Positions 48,655 through 59,380 are shown, numbered from the stretch's first letter. The stretch is DNA of 64,000 nucleotides from Candidatus Bathyarchaeota archaeon (GCA_963720565.1 CAVRFW010000005.1:256001-320000), one strand, 5' to 3'. Numbers and translations: made by a program. Notes: generated by a model from the letters alone, not told the origin.

Positions 48655-50871
48655 TTATTCTGACTCAAAGTATTCTTCTGGTTTTGGCGGAATCGGAGTC
48701 AAGCCTCTGCGTTCACGTATTTGCTTTATTGTGTCAGCCTGCATCTGTTCTGGTACCTGTGCCCAACGCGCAAACTGTGTCGCCCAGAATGCTCTGCCCT
48801 GCGTTGACGACCGTAGTTCGTCGGCGATTCCGAAGCTTTCTGAAACTGGCATTTCGGCTTTGACGGTTATTATGTCTTCTTCTGATGGCATATCTAGAAT
48901 CTTTCCTCGTCTCTTGTTTAGAAGAGTGATTACGGAACTGACGAAGTCACTAGGAACTTTGCATTCGAAGCTTAGGAGTGGTTCGAGCATTTTGGGGTCG
49001 CTCAGCAGAATGGCGCAGTATATGGGTCGCCAAGTCATAGGTATAACTTGCGCTGGGCCTCTGTGAACGGGGTCTTCGTGCACGGTAACGTCTTCGAGAT
49101 TAATCTTTAGGCCGTAAGCGGGTTCTTTGGCTAACGGTGACGTGTGAACGGCTTCGCGGAAACCAGTTTTAACGTGGTCAAGAATTTCCTCCACGTATTG
49201 TCTTCCTCTAATCCGGTTGACCAGTATGTTGTTTTCTTCGACGGCGACTGCGCCCTTTGCTTCATCCGGTGCCCAGCCTAAGCCTCTCAGGATTTTGGTT
49301 CTTTCGTCTTTGCTTTGCATGTCGGTGATTTTTTCGGATTTTATTGCCTCTATCACGTCTTCCGACAATTTCTCGATTGTTATCCAGAGCTTGTTATGCT
49401 TGTTAGGACTCTTGCCCATAATTGCGGAGCCCCTATAATCGTGGCTGATAGTTTCGCGATAATTGACGATGGGTTTGCTAAGCTTCACTTTTAACCCTGC
49501 CTCCTGCATACGGTAGGCAGTGATCTCAAGGTGAAGTTCGCCCATTCCACTTAATAGAAACTCGCCGCTTTCCTTGTTCATCTTGAAGTGCAAGTTAGGA
49601 TCTTCAGTAGTTAGTTTGTGCATAACTTTGTCGAACAATGGCAAATCCTTAACGTCCTCAGGCTCGACTGCAACTGTTACTACAGGATCCGAAACGTATC
49701 TCAGCCCTTCGAACGAGTGTGTTTCAACGCCGTCTTCAGCTATTGTTTCTCCAACGTGGATTGATGGTAAGCCTGATATAGCTGCAATGTTTCCGGCTGG
49801 AACGCGATCGATTATAACCCTGTCAGTAGCCATACTCATGTAAACCTGTTGTATCGTGCCTTTCTGGTGACTGCTTACAAGTTGCACGACCTTGCCCTTA
49901 GTGACTGAACCGCTGAAAATGCGCCCTATGGCTACAGTTCCACTATGGGGATCAACTTCAATTGTTGAGATGCACATAAGCAATGGCCCGTTTGGGTCCA
50001 CCTTAGCCATGCCGATACCTGTTGGGCTATCAATTTCACCCGGCCAAATTTGAGTCTGCCTGTAAGGTTGAGCTTGCAGAGGATTGGGTAAATGCTCAAC
50101 GAACATATCTAGAATTGGATCCGGTAAGGGAGCTTTCTTACTTAGTTCGTCAACTTTTCGTCCCACTTCTTCTGGCGCCCCAGAGTAAGCCTCTATGATG
50201 TCTCTAAATGAAATCTTCTTCATTTTCATGTGGATTGAGTTCAAACCCCATTTATGGAGGGCTGAACCGAAAGCTACACGTCCATCTTCGACTGTTACCT
50301 GCCAATCTTTCTTATGTTCAGCAGGAGCATACTTCTCTATCAATGAGTTGACTCTAAAAAGTATTTTTGCGAATTTACGTTGAATCTCTTCTGGTGTTAA
50401 TTTTATTTCTTTAATGAGTCTGTCAACCTTGTTTATGAAGAGGATTGGTTTAACGCGTTCTCGTAGAGCTTGCATCAGGACAGTTTCTGTCTGAGTCATG
50501 GGGCCTTCAACCGAATCTACAACTACAAGTGCGCCGTCAACCGCTCTAAGACTTCTCGTTACCGCTCCGCTGAAGTCAATGTGACCGGGAGTGTCAATTA
50601 GGTTGATTAGATAATCCTTCTCCTTGAATGTGTGAGTTAAACTGACGTTTGATGCAAAGACTGTCATCTGTCTTTTCTGTTCAAGATCCCAGGAGTCTAA
50701 GAACAGTTTTTGTCCTGCTGTTTGTGTACTAATTATCCCGGCTGCAGCTAACAAGCTGTCAGACAAAGTTGTCTTGCCATGGTCAACATGGGCTATGATG
50801 CTGGTGTTCCTTATTATGACAGGATTGTTCATCAGTTTGACGATTTCTTCTGTTTGTCTATAACGTGCCAT
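48655..50871 (-). CDS. fusA: Elongation factor EF-2 family GTPase (probable divergent paralogue)
   Basis: AHVDHGKT, DTPGH, NKVD, GMGELHL, KSPNKHN and diphthamide loop HEDPVHRG; switch I is RQMT instead of RGIT. Confidence 0.9.
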   Translation of the reverse strand: MARYRQTEEIVKLMNNPVIIRNTSIIAHVDHGKTTLSDSLLAAAGIISTQTAGQKLFLDSWDLEQKRQMTVFASNVSLTHTFKEKDYLINLIDTPGHIDFSGAVTRSLRAVDGALVVVDSVEGPMTQTETVLMQALRERVKPILFINKVDRLIKEIKLTPEEIQRKFAKILFRVNSLIEKYAPAEHKKDWQVTVEDGRVAFGSALHKWGLNSIHMKMKKISFRDIIEAYSGAPEEVGRKVDELSKKAPLPDPILDMFVEHLPNPLQAQPYRQTQIWPGEIDSPTGIGMAKVDPNGPLLMCISTIEVDPHSGTVAIGRIFSGSVTKGKVVQLVSSHQKGTIQQVYMSMATDRVIIDRVPAGNIAAISGLPSIHVGETIAEDGVETHSFEGLRYVSDPVVTVAVEPEDVKDLPLFDKVMHKLTTEDPNLHFKMNKESGEFLLSGMGELHLEITAYRMQEAGLKVKLSKPIVNYRETISHDYRGSAIMGKSPNKHNKLWITIEKLSEDVIEAIKSEKITDMQSKDERTKILRGLGWAPDEAKGAVAVEENNILVNRIRGRQYVEEILDHVKTGFREAVHTSPLAKEPAYGLKINLEDVTVHEDPVHRGPAQVIPMTWRPIYCAILLSDPKMLEPLLSFECKVPSDFVSSVITLLNKRRGKILDMPSEEDIITVKAEMPVSESFGIADELRSSTQGRAFWATQFARWAQVPEQMQADTIKQIRERRGLTPIPPKPEEYFESE

Positions 50872-51125
50872 AACAATGCATTCTCCATTCTGAATGATTA
50901 ACTATTAACTTGCAGAGTTGAGGTTTTGCGAATGAAAGCATTCTATTTCTCTCTTAAATAGATAGGCTACATGGAAATGAAAACTGTCGCCTATTAACCT
51001 TATGGCATCAATTTTTGAAAACAAAAATATGACAAAAACTGTTCTCTCTGCGAATAACGAGAATATCCGGGCGATTTTTGTCTGATTACTGTATTGGGAA
51101 ATATGTTTGGCTCAGATGTAGCTCT

Positions 51126-51401
51126 TTATCTGCTTGATCTTCGCACCATTAATGTCTGAACTTGGCTAACGCCTTTAATCTTTGCTAGGTCGACCTCGAA
51201 CTCGTCTACGATGCCCGTCTTGTCTTCTGGAAATCGCACTTGAACGAGAAGTGCTTTGAGTCCAAATGCTATAGGTTCCTCGCCGTATCCTTCAAGTGAA
51301 GAGAACTCGGGCAAACACTTCTCAACCTTTTTCTTCAAAGGATTAAAGCTTTTAACAATATCTTCTGGAAAAACCTTGTAGGTGACAATAACACTGCCCA
51401 T
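51126..51401 (-). CDS. ef1b: Elongation factor 1-beta
   Basis: MGSVIVTYKVFPED and EEPIAFGLKAL. Confidence 0.92.
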   Translation of the reverse strand: MGSVIVTYKVFPEDIVKSFNPLKKKVEKCLPEFSSLEGYGEEPIAFGLKALLVQVRFPEDKTGIVDEFEVDLAKIKGVSQVQTLMVRRSSR

Positions 51402-51417
51402 TCTAACCTCTCCTGCG

Positions 51418-51609
51418 TTACGGTCCAGTGAAACCGCATTTAGGACACTTGTAAACGCGCCCAAACTGCCTGCACTTGCCGCAACGTTTTATCTGTATCT
51501 CTCCACAGTTCGGACAAAGAAACTTTGTAGCCTCTGTTCCCGGTGGAATTGGTTTGCCGCAACTTGTGCATGTAACCAATGATAATGTTGCTGTTTTCTC
51601 AGACATCAT
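51418..51609 (-). CDS. DUF1610 / HVO_2753-like zinc-finger protein
   Basis: CTSCG, F.CPNCGE, RC.KCR and [11 protein letters not shown]; conserved position upstream of EF-1beta. Confidence 0.9.
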   Translation of the reverse strand: MMSEKTATLSLVTCTSCGKPIPPGTEATKFLCPNCGEIQIKRCGKCRQFGRVYKCPKCGFTGP

Positions 51610-51912
51610 GCTTAACTCCGTGTCGCGTTTTGTAAATGCAAGACTTCCTTATATCTGCTATGCTTATCTTTCTTAGATGTTTAGACTACTGTATTGCTCA
51701 ACAATAAGACTAAGCATGGAATTAGGCCGAGGCTGATAATGGTTTTTTGATAGACAAATAGACTGTCCGTCGCTTTAGATCTTTCTCGTTCACTGTCCTC
51801 TCAAAAAAGTTTGAAGGTGAGCGTCTATTGAAAAATTCAAGCTATCTTCTAAACTGTTTTTGTTTCACAAGTTTATTATTTTGGTTTTCTGTCTATGTTC
51901 TGTGGGATAATT

Positions 51913-52947
51913 TTGGGAGTGAATATTCGAGAAATAGTCCCTAAAGCGCCTGTTAGACTAGAGGACCTGAGCGGGAAGTCAATAGCCATAGACGCCTACA
52001 ATGCCTTATACCAGTTTTTAGCGATAATCCGCCAACCAGACGGTACGCCATTGAAAGATAGCACGGGAAAAATCACCAGCCACCTCAGCGGTTTGTTTTA
52101 CAGGACTAGCAATCTCTTGGAGATGGGGTTGAAACCCGTTTATGTTTTCGATGGTGTTCCGCCTGTCCTCAAAGAAGCGGAGATCAAGAGGCGTATGAAA
52201 GCCAAAGAGGAAGCCACGATTATGTACGAACGTGCTTTGGCAAGGGGTGACATGTCCGGAGCGCGTGTCTATGCTCAAGCTACTAGTCGTCTGAAGGATT
52301 ACATGGAGGAAGACAGCAAGAAACTCTTGTCTCTTATGGGTTTGCCTTGGGTTCAAGCGCCCAGCGAAGGAGAAGCACAAGCTGCCCATATGACCAGGTG
52401 CGGAGACACAGACTACTGTGCTAGCCAAGACTATGACAGTTTGCTTTTTGGAGCACCAAAATTGATTAGAAACCTTACGATCTCTGGTCGAAGAAAACTG
52501 CCGAGCAAAAACGTTTACGTTGACGTCGTTCCTGAGCTTGTTGTACTCAACGATGTCTTGAAAGAATGTGCCATAACATATGAACAACTAATCGATGTGG
52601 GTATACTCATAGGAACGGACTTCAATCCAGATGGTATCAAAGGCTTAGGACCTAAGACTGCCTTAAAACTCATAAGAGAAAACAAAACACTCGAGAATGC
52701 TTTACCTCATATCAAGAATGCCGAGTTTCCAGTTGAGCCCCAAAGAATCCGTGACATTTTTATCCACCCTAAAGTCATTGATGACTATGTTCTAGACTGG
52801 AAAGACCCCGATGCGGAAGGCACCATTGATTTTCTCTGCAGGCAAAAGGACTTCTCGGAAGATCGAGTTAGAAAAGCGCTGGAAAGAATGCGGGACGGAG
52901 CTGAGAAGCTTAAAGGGAAAACCACCTTAGAAAAATGGTTTGGGTAA
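51913..52947 (+). CDS. fen: Flap endonuclease 1
   Basis: MGV, IDAYNALYQFL, VFDG, APSEGEAQAA, SQDYD, GTDFN and the PIP-like tail KTTLEKWF. Confidence 0.96.
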   Translation: MGVNIREIVPKAPVRLEDLSGKSIAIDAYNALYQFLAIIRQPDGTPLKDSTGKITSHLSGLFYRTSNLLEMGLKPVYVFDGVPPVLKEAEIKRRMKAKEEATIMYERALARGDMSGARVYAQATSRLKDYMEEDSKKLLSLMGLPWVQAPSEGEAQAAHMTRCGDTDYCASQDYDSLLFGAPKLIRNLTISGRRKLPSKNVYVDVVPELVVLNDVLKECAITYEQLIDVGILIGTDFNPDGIKGLGPKTALKLIRENKTLENALPHIKNAEFPVEPQRIRDIFIHPKVIDDYVLDWKDPDAEGTIDFLCRQKDFSEDRVRKALERMRDGAEKLKGKTTLEKWFG

Positions 52948-52958
52948 ACCTTAAGAAA

Positions 52959-53636
52959 TTAAGCCTTTTGCCCGTATTCACCGGTCAAGGGTACGAACGC
53001 CACCCCGCCAAGGTTTTCATGCTTGACTTTCCCATCAATTTCCTTAATGACTTTGATGAGGTTTTGGAACAATGACATACTTCCAACTGGAATCAACATT
53101 ATGCCCTTAGGCTTCAACTGGTCAACAAGAGGGATGGGCACATTCGGAGCTGCAGCAGTAACAAGGATGCGGTCGTAAGGAGATTTAACAGCATACCCTT
53201 TGGAACCATCGCCTAAAACTATGGTCACTCTATCGCTGTAGCCTGCGTTCATAATGTTTTTTCTCGCAACTTCAGCGAGACCTTGAACTGTTTCTACAGT
53301 ATACACGTGACCATACTCGCTTCGAGGAACTTCCTTCGGAGCAATTATCTCTGCTATCGTGGCGGCATGCCAACCTGAGCCTCCTCCGATCTCCAGAACC
53401 CTCATTCCGACTTCGAGCTGCAACGCTTCATTCATAATTGAAACCATATGCGGTGCCGATATTGTCTGGCCGAAACCAATAGGAAGAGGCGTGTCCACGG
53501 CGTTGTATGACTGAACGTCCTCCGGAAGAAAATTCGTACGGGGAACAGACTGCATTGCCTTTATTACTTTGGGCGAATGCAGAACACCCTGCCTTATCAG
53601 ACTATCAACTAGTCGTTCCCACTCGCTTTTCTCCAA
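52959..53636 (-). CDS. pcm: Protein-L-isoaspartate O-methyltransferase
   Basis: GQTISAPHMV, LEIGGGSGW, PYDRI.VTAAA and VAFVPL. Confidence 0.94.
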   Translation of the reverse strand: MEKSEWERLVDSLIRQGVLHSPKVIKAMQSVPRTNFLPEDVQSYNAVDTPLPIGFGQTISAPHMVSIMNEALQLEVGMRVLEIGGGSGWHAATIAEIIAPKEVPRSEYGHVYTVETVQGLAEVARKNIMNAGYSDRVTIVLGDGSKGYAVKSPYDRILVTAAAPNVPIPLVDQLKPKGIMLIPVGSMSLFQNLIKVIKEIDGKVKHENLGGVAFVPLTGEYGQKA

Positions 53637-53711
53637 TTAGAACCACAATAAGAATACTGTAGGCGAGCCCTTTTTAACGTATCCGTGTCAAGATAGGGTG
53701 AAAAGCAAGGA

Positions 53712-55541
53712 TTACTTTACAGTGACTGACTTTGCCAGGTTTCTTGGTGTGTCCGGGTTGTGTCCTTTCTCCAAGGCCATGTAATAAGCTAGAAGTTGCA
53801 GTGGTACCGAGAAAGGAATGGGCGACAAAACTTCGGGAATACCTTTCGGAACCTCAATGTAGTCATCTGAAAGTTCTTTTATTTCTTCGTCACCTTCTTC
53901 CACGACAGCGATTATAGAAGCGCCTCGTGCTTTCATCTCCATTATGTTGCTAATTAACGTCCTGTGTGAGCCATCTTTTGGACAAATGAATACTACCGGA
54001 AAGCCAGGTTCGATTAGACTGATCGGGCCGTGTTTGCTTTCGCCAGCTGGAAAAGCTATTGATGGAACATAGGATATCTCCATTAGTTTGAGTCTGCCTT
54101 CGTAGGCTGTTGCGGTGCTTATCCCTCGACCCAAGAAGAAGAAAACCTTAGCATTCTTGTATTTCTTGGCGAGTTGCTTGGCCTTCTTCTCCTGTTTTTG
54201 CACTATTGTATCCACAATATCTGGCAAGTTCTCCAGTCTTTCCTCAAGTGCATCCATTTCGTCCTGTGAGATTTTGCCCCGCTTCTTAGAAAGCCTAAGC
54301 GCCAGTTGAGCTAGCACTGAAAGTTGTGAAGTGAATGTTTTCGTTGCCGCAACCCCTATTTCTGGACCAGACTGTTGGCCAATATAAACTCGAGAAACAC
54401 GCGTCAGAGTTGAGCCAATCACGTTAGTTAAGCCCAGAATAGTTGCAGCACGTTGTTGGGCACAAGTGACTGCTGCAAGAGTGTCTGCCGTTTCACCTGA
54501 CTGGCTTACCGCCAAAATTGTGCTGTCTATGTTCACTGATTTGCCATGCTGTTCCACAAATTCGGAAGCATATACTGGATAAGTTGGCAAGAAGGCAAGT
54601 TTTGAGAACATGTAAGACGCTGCCAAGCAAGCGTGGTAAGACGTCCCGCAAGCAACAAGAAAAACTTCGTTAGCGCGATCAAGAAACGTGGCTATCAAGT
54701 CAAGATAGTGTTCTTGCATCCTCAAGGTGTTACGGAGAGTTGCTGGCTGCTCATGAATCTCTTTGATCATAAAATGCGGATAGCCCTGCTTTACAGCCAT
54801 TTCAGGGGTCCAATCGATAATTTCTGGCTTTCGTGAGACAGGGCTTGAGTCACGGATTTTTTTTATCTCGTAACCTGCCGATGAAAGAACTATGAGTTCA
54901 CCATCGTTTATCAGAACTGCTTTGTTAGTCACTGGGAGGAATGCTGGAATATCGGAAGCGCAGTAAACGCCATCTTTGCTTACTCCAAGAACTAGTGGGC
55001 TTTCGTTTCTGGCGCATATTATTTTGTCCGGCTCTCTGGTTGAGATTACTGCAATGGCGTAAGAGCCTTCAAGAGCTTTGACGGTTTCAAGCACGGCGTC
55101 AGCCAGACTGAGTGACGAGTCTTTCTTTAGAGTTTCTTCTATGAGATGAGGTATGACTTCAGTGTCAGTTTTGGAGACAAAACGATGACCGAGATTTTCT
55201 AATTCAAGCTTTAGTTCGCTAAAATTCTCAATGATTCCATTGTGGACAACGGCTATTTGCCCTGTGCAATCCAAGTGGGGATGTGCGTTGATTTTAAGTG
55301 GCGCGCCATGTGTAGCCCAACGCGTGTGGCCGATGCCAATTTTTCCGGGAAGATCGTCAAGATTTATGATCCTGTGAACTTCATCGATTTTTCCCTGATC
55401 TTTTTTCAAACTAATTTTGTTCTTGTTTATAGTGGCTATTCCCACTGAATCGTAGCCACGGTATTCAAGACTTTTCAGCGAAGCATGAATTAACGGTGCC
55501 GCTGTTCCTTCTTTCAATATGCAACCAAAAATCCCGCACAT
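53712..55541 (-). CDS. glmS: Glutamine--fructose-6-phosphate transaminase
   Basis: MCGIFG, LEYRGYDS, GHTRWATHG, SQSGETADT and PRNLAKSVTV. Confidence 0.96.
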   Translation of the reverse strand: MCGIFGCILKEGTAAPLIHASLKSLEYRGYDSVGIATINKNKISLKKDQGKIDEVHRIINLDDLPGKIGIGHTRWATHGAPLKINAHPHLDCTGQIAVVHNGIIENFSELKLELENLGHRFVSKTDTEVIPHLIEETLKKDSSLSLADAVLETVKALEGSYAIAVISTREPDKIICARNESPLVLGVSKDGVYCASDIPAFLPVTNKAVLINDGELIVLSSAGYEIKKIRDSSPVSRKPEIIDWTPEMAVKQGYPHFMIKEIHEQPATLRNTLRMQEHYLDLIATFLDRANEVFLVACGTSYHACLAASYMFSKLAFLPTYPVYASEFVEQHGKSVNIDSTILAVSQSGETADTLAAVTCAQQRAATILGLTNVIGSTLTRVSRVYIGQQSGPEIGVAATKTFTSQLSVLAQLALRLSKKRGKISQDEMDALEERLENLPDIVDTIVQKQEKKAKQLAKKYKNAKVFFFLGRGISTATAYEGRLKLMEISYVPSIAFPAGESKHGPISLIEPGFPVVFICPKDGSHRTLISNIMEMKARGASIIAVVEEGDEEIKELSDDYIEVPKGIPEVLSPIPFSVPLQLLAYYMALEKGHNPDTPRNLAKSVTVK

Positions 55542-55767
55542 TTCTGTAGCCTCATTTGCTCCATACCATGTCTTATAAGCCACTATCAATCTGATTTTTC
55601 GCTAATAAGGGTTTTTAGGAATAAACTTTCAGTTCTGAAAGAAATTTTTTAGGAGCTTTACCAGATTATCCGTAATAAGGTATTCTGGAGATCGACAAAG
55701 CTCGGGTTTTTGCTCAGCCTTATAACAAAATTTTTAATAGTGCATACTCACCTACTTTAAGAACAAT

Positions 55768-56733
55768 ATGTACAAGAAAATGCTTCTCCAAAACGACGAT
55801 GGTGCCCAAAAAGCAAAAGAAATCAGCATTATGCGAGACGCCCAGAAACTAAAAATGATTCTGGGCAACTTGAGCTGGAAAATCCTAACGATGCTGTCAG
55901 AGAAAGAAATGTATCCTCTAGAAATCGCCCGAAAACTGGGGGTGCACGAACAGAAAGTCTATTATCACATCCGGAAACTGGCAAAAGCAGGAGCGATAGC
56001 CGTTGAAAAGGAAGAAAAGAAAAAGGGCGCAACAGCAAAATACTACAAAACAGTTTCCCCAGCCTTCGGAATAGAATTCCCACAAGGATACAAAACAATC
56101 CAGCCCCTTTCACTCCTAAGTTCAGAAAAACATATCCAACTGTTCTTCAAAGAATTTGTAAACGGAAATGGAGCTTTTGAGGGAAAAATAGTTGTTGGAA
56201 GCCCCACACCTCACGGTCCTTTCAGAACCAGCGCGAGAGATGGTCATTACGCTGCACATTTAGCGCTTTTCATGGGGCAGTTCGCCAAGATGCCGACAGA
56301 CTTTGCAGTTAAGTTAGACGTCGATGTCAAAGCGGAAAAGGAAGAGAAGAATAATCTCATTCTAGTTGGCGGTCCAGGAACGAACCTGCTTGCGCAGGAA
56401 ATAAACGAGTACTTGCCAATCAGGTTCATTATGGAATCTACAGATCAAGGATTCTTGCTTGGCGGTTTGTCGTCCAACAAGACTTCCAGAATTTACACCG
56501 CTGATGTTGCTGGTTTGATAGCTAAAATAGCAAATCCGTGGGACAGTTCAAAGCGTATTATCGTCTTAGCTGGAAATAAGGCGGTTGGAACCAAAGCATG
56601 CGTTTTGGCCTTGGCAAACTTCTGGAGTAAAACATTGCGAGATTACTGTGGTGAAGACAGTTTCGCAACTGTAATTCAAGGTTTGGATTTGGACGGGGAC
56701 GGAAAAGTCGATTCGATCGAGGTAAATGAATAG
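55768..56733 (+). CDS. ArsR-like HTH regulator with C-terminal alpha/beta domain ending in a DxDxDG motif
   Basis: MYPLEIARKLGVHEQKVYYHIRKL HTH; NLILVGGPGTN; DLDGDGKVD. Confidence 0.75.
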   Translation: MYKKMLLQNDDGAQKAKEISIMRDAQKLKMILGNLSWKILTMLSEKEMYPLEIARKLGVHEQKVYYHIRKLAKAGAIAVEKEEKKKGATAKYYKTVSPAFGIEFPQGYKTIQPLSLLSSEKHIQLFFKEFVNGNGAFEGKIVVGSPTPHGPFRTSARDGHYAAHLALFMGQFAKMPTDFAVKLDVDVKAEKEEKNNLILVGGPGTNLLAQEINEYLPIRFIMESTDQGFLLGGLSSNKTSRIYTADVAGLIAKIANPWDSSKRIIVLAGNKAVGTKACVLALANFWSKTLRDYCGEDSFATVIQGLDLDGDGKVDSIEVNE

Positions 56734-56735
56734 AA

Positions 56736-57170
56736 TTGGGCACGCATGAGGTAAAGGAGATACTTTTCGGGTACGGGCATGCAAACATCAAAGCCTCCCA
56801 TAGATCGACATTGGAATTCACAAAAGATAAAAATTTGACAAAGAATGGTGACTGCATTGTCGCGATAGGTACCGATAAAGCACTAGAGGATTTGAGCATT
56901 GATTTTAAGGAGAAAATGCGAAAACCAAACGCGAAATTGATTGTGCTGATTGAGGCGGATGGAATCTCGGAACAGTTGACTGCAGTTGGCTCTCCGGAAC
57001 TGAGATTGGTTCATCCAAAAGATATTGTGATAAGGAAAAGTGACTACATATCTGACAGAACGCTAGCTGTTCACGCAGACAAAGCATCGCAGGATTTAAC
57101 CAGAAAACTCGTTGAAAAACTTCAGAATCCAAAACAAGAAGTGAAGATCACCCTCATTGTTCGTAGCTAA
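56736..57170 (+). CDS. DUF371-family protein
   Basis: GHANIKASHRSTLEFTKD..LT..GDCI and IVIRKSDY. Confidence 0.88.
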   Translation: MGTHEVKEILFGYGHANIKASHRSTLEFTKDKNLTKNGDCIVAIGTDKALEDLSIDFKEKMRKPNAKLIVLIEADGISEQLTAVGSPELRLVHPKDIVIRKSDYISDRTLAVHADKASQDLTRKLVEKLQNPKQEVKITLIVRS

Positions 57171-58237
57171 AGAATCCTTGCGTCGATAACAAATTGCCAC
57201 TCATAAGGCGCGGTCTCACGGATAGTTTTTGCTAAGATTATCCTCTCCAATTTTCTTCCGTTTCTTTCCACTGCTTGAGCGAGAAGCAACTTCTGGTTTT
57301 CTAGTGAGTCAGGAAGGCGGAAGAAACCGTAGTAATGGACCGTGCCCCCTGTAAATTTTAGTGCCTTGCAGGCAACGTCAACGAATTCTGAAGCTTTTTC
57401 GGGCAAATTCATTATCACACGGTCCGCAACTCCTTGAAGTTTGACTTCAATGACCTGCCGTGCGTCTCCATGAATTGGGAAAACTCGGTCCTCCACCCTG
57501 TTGAGTCTAATGTTGGTGTTCAGAAGCTCTATCGCCTTCGGATTCATGTCGATAGCATAAACCTTCACGCCCACTTTGTTCTTTGCCAGCAATATCGAAA
57601 AAGGTCCTACACCTGCGAACATGTCCACGATGGTTTCGTCTTTTTGAACCAAGGCGGCGACTCTCTTGTGTTCTTGTGAAAGTCGGGGGGAAAAATACGC
57701 TCCAGTGACGTCAATCTTAAACCTGCATCCTTGTTCATTATGCATGGTTTCAGTCTTGTTCTTCCCAGCAATAACTCTTAATTCCCGAAGGCGGTATGTC
57801 CCGGTAACTGCACCCATCTTTGCAAGTACTGTCTGGACATTCTTGTGCGAGTCTAGAATAGCTTCACCGATGAGTTTTTCATAGGCTTTTAGTTCAGGAG
57901 AGGTTTCGACTATGGCTATATCCCCGATTATGTCAATCGCTCGTGGCAAACTAGGGATAAGATTTAGAGGCAATTGGTTGCGGACAGCTTCAGCTAGAGT
58001 TTTTCTATGTCTTGATTTTTTTGCGAAAAGGCATGTTGAAAATTGAAGATTAGGAATTTGTGCTTTTAGCATTAGTAACTCCTTTTCGTCTGGATTGCGA
58101 AAAAGGGGAATACAAATGACGTCATCTTCTCTCTGAATCTCTAATTCCTTATTGATCATTTCCAGCTTGTTAACCAGAGCTAACGCTGTTTGACCGTGGA
58201 TTTTGCCAATTATTGCACATAACGAGGTTTCTGGCAT
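57167..58237 (-). CDS. trm5: Trm5-family tRNA (m1G37) methyltransferase
   Basis: DIIGDIAI, YFSPRL..E, DMFAGVGPF, D.NP and RVIMNLP. Confidence 0.88.
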   Translation of the reverse strand: MPETSLCAIIGKIHGQTALALVNKLEMINKELEIQREDDVICIPLFRNPDEKELLMLKAQIPNLQFSTCLFAKKSRHRKTLAEAVRNQLPLNLIPSLPRAIDIIGDIAIVETSPELKAYEKLIGEAILDSHKNVQTVLAKMGAVTGTYRLRELRVIAGKNKTETMHNEQGCRFKIDVTGAYFSPRLSQEHKRVAALVQKDETIVDMFAGVGPFSILLAKNKVGVKVYAIDMNPKAIELLNTNIRLNRVEDRVFPIHGDARQVIEVKLQGVADRVIMNLPEKASEFVDVACKALKFTGGTVHYYGFFRLPDSLENQKLLLAQAVERNGRKLERIILAKTIRETAPYEWQFVIDARIL

Positions 58238-58240
58238 TGG

Positions 58241-59275
58241 CTAATCTCCTTTTTCTATTCTGTAAAGCCCATTTATCCGGTGAACACAGAATTTTGGTTT
58301 AAGCATTTTTTCAGAGAGCCAAATATTCGTTTCTAAATGGTCAGATAAATCTCTTGTTAGAATTGTCGATTTGCCCTCTGCCAAAGCCATGTAAGGAATA
58401 AGCATATCTGCCATGTGAATATCAACGGCGGGCATGGCGGACAACTCTTTGAGTAGCTTTCCAGAAACGTCTCTGCCAATCGCTTCACTTGACTTCTTGA
58501 GCTCTCCAATCGAGTCAGCCCCCAATATAGCTCCTGTTGTGGTCTCTGCCCATAAAGTAATTGAGCTTCCTTTCTGAAGAGGGTTTGACCGATCATTCAC
58601 TATTTGAATTCTTGCAGCATATCCTTTTTCGAAAAGATAATTGTATGCCGCTTTTGCTTGGCGCTCCGCGACGTTTCTTCCATCAAGAAAAGTGCAGATT
58701 GAGACTCCTTTTATGCTTTCTAGTTTGCCGAAGCATCCTAGATCAATTGGTCGAAGTTGCTTCTGTGGCTTTGTCGTCATCGTTACTTCGCCATTTCCCT
58801 TCGGGTAATAGCCGTATCTATGAACAATTATTTCCACTTCAAAACCCATTTTCTTGATCGTTGGCAACAACACGCGCTGCAGATACGTAATGGTTGGAGA
58901 GTGAGACACATCCGTTCCGCCCGTCACACGAAGCCGTACCGCTTGTTTGGCAAATGCACATATGGGTAACACCGTCATCAAAAGCATAGGAATGCTTCCA
59001 GCAGTTCCAATTCCAACTTCGATGTCTCCGCCAAGTATCTCCCGTGGTCTAAACCAGATTTCGCGAGAATTAAGAACCGCGCCTTCCAATTCAGCATTAC
59101 AGATTTTTGCAGCTGCCAGCGTAGCATTCAAGTGTTGTGGTTTTAGTCCTGGTCCTGGTCTATTTTGTCTAATGTTGTAGATGTGTAACGGTTGGGAAGT
59201 GATTGCAGCCAGGGCTATTGCCAATCTAAGGATTGTACCGCTGCCACTTTTCTGGCTTCCATCAATTTCGAACAT
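58241..59275 (-). CDS. rtcA: RNA 3'-terminal phosphate cyclase
   Basis: IDGS...G.ILR, RP.PGLKPQH, TAGSI, GGTD, GYYPKG.G, and the catalytic His in VDIHMAD. Confidence 0.93.
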   Translation of the reverse strand: MFEIDGSQKSGSGTILRLAIALAAITSQPLHIYNIRQNRPGPGLKPQHLNATLAAAKICNAELEGAVLNSREIWFRPREILGGDIEVGIGTAGSIPMLLMTVLPICAFAKQAVRLRVTGGTDVSHSPTITYLQRVLLPTIKKMGFEVEIIVHRYGYYPKGNGEVTMTTKPQKQLRPIDLGCFGKLESIKGVSICTFLDGRNVAERQAKAAYNYLFEKGYAARIQIVNDRSNPLQKGSSITLWAETTTGAILGADSIGELKKSSEAIGRDVSGKLLKELSAMPAVDIHMADMLIPYMALAEGKSTILTRDLSDHLETNIWLSEKMLKPKFCVHRINGLYRIEKGD

Positions 59276-59380
59276 TACACGCAGTTCTCCAACACTACAC
59301 TTTGGCTTTCATACTAATAGCAAGTTTCAAATAATTAATAAGCTCCCTAATTACTTTAGAAAACCTGGGGAAGGTTATTC

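Noticed and set aside
55542..55767. glmS ribozyme upstream of glmS
   Set aside because: AT-rich promoter-like sequence without the recognisable conserved ribozyme core
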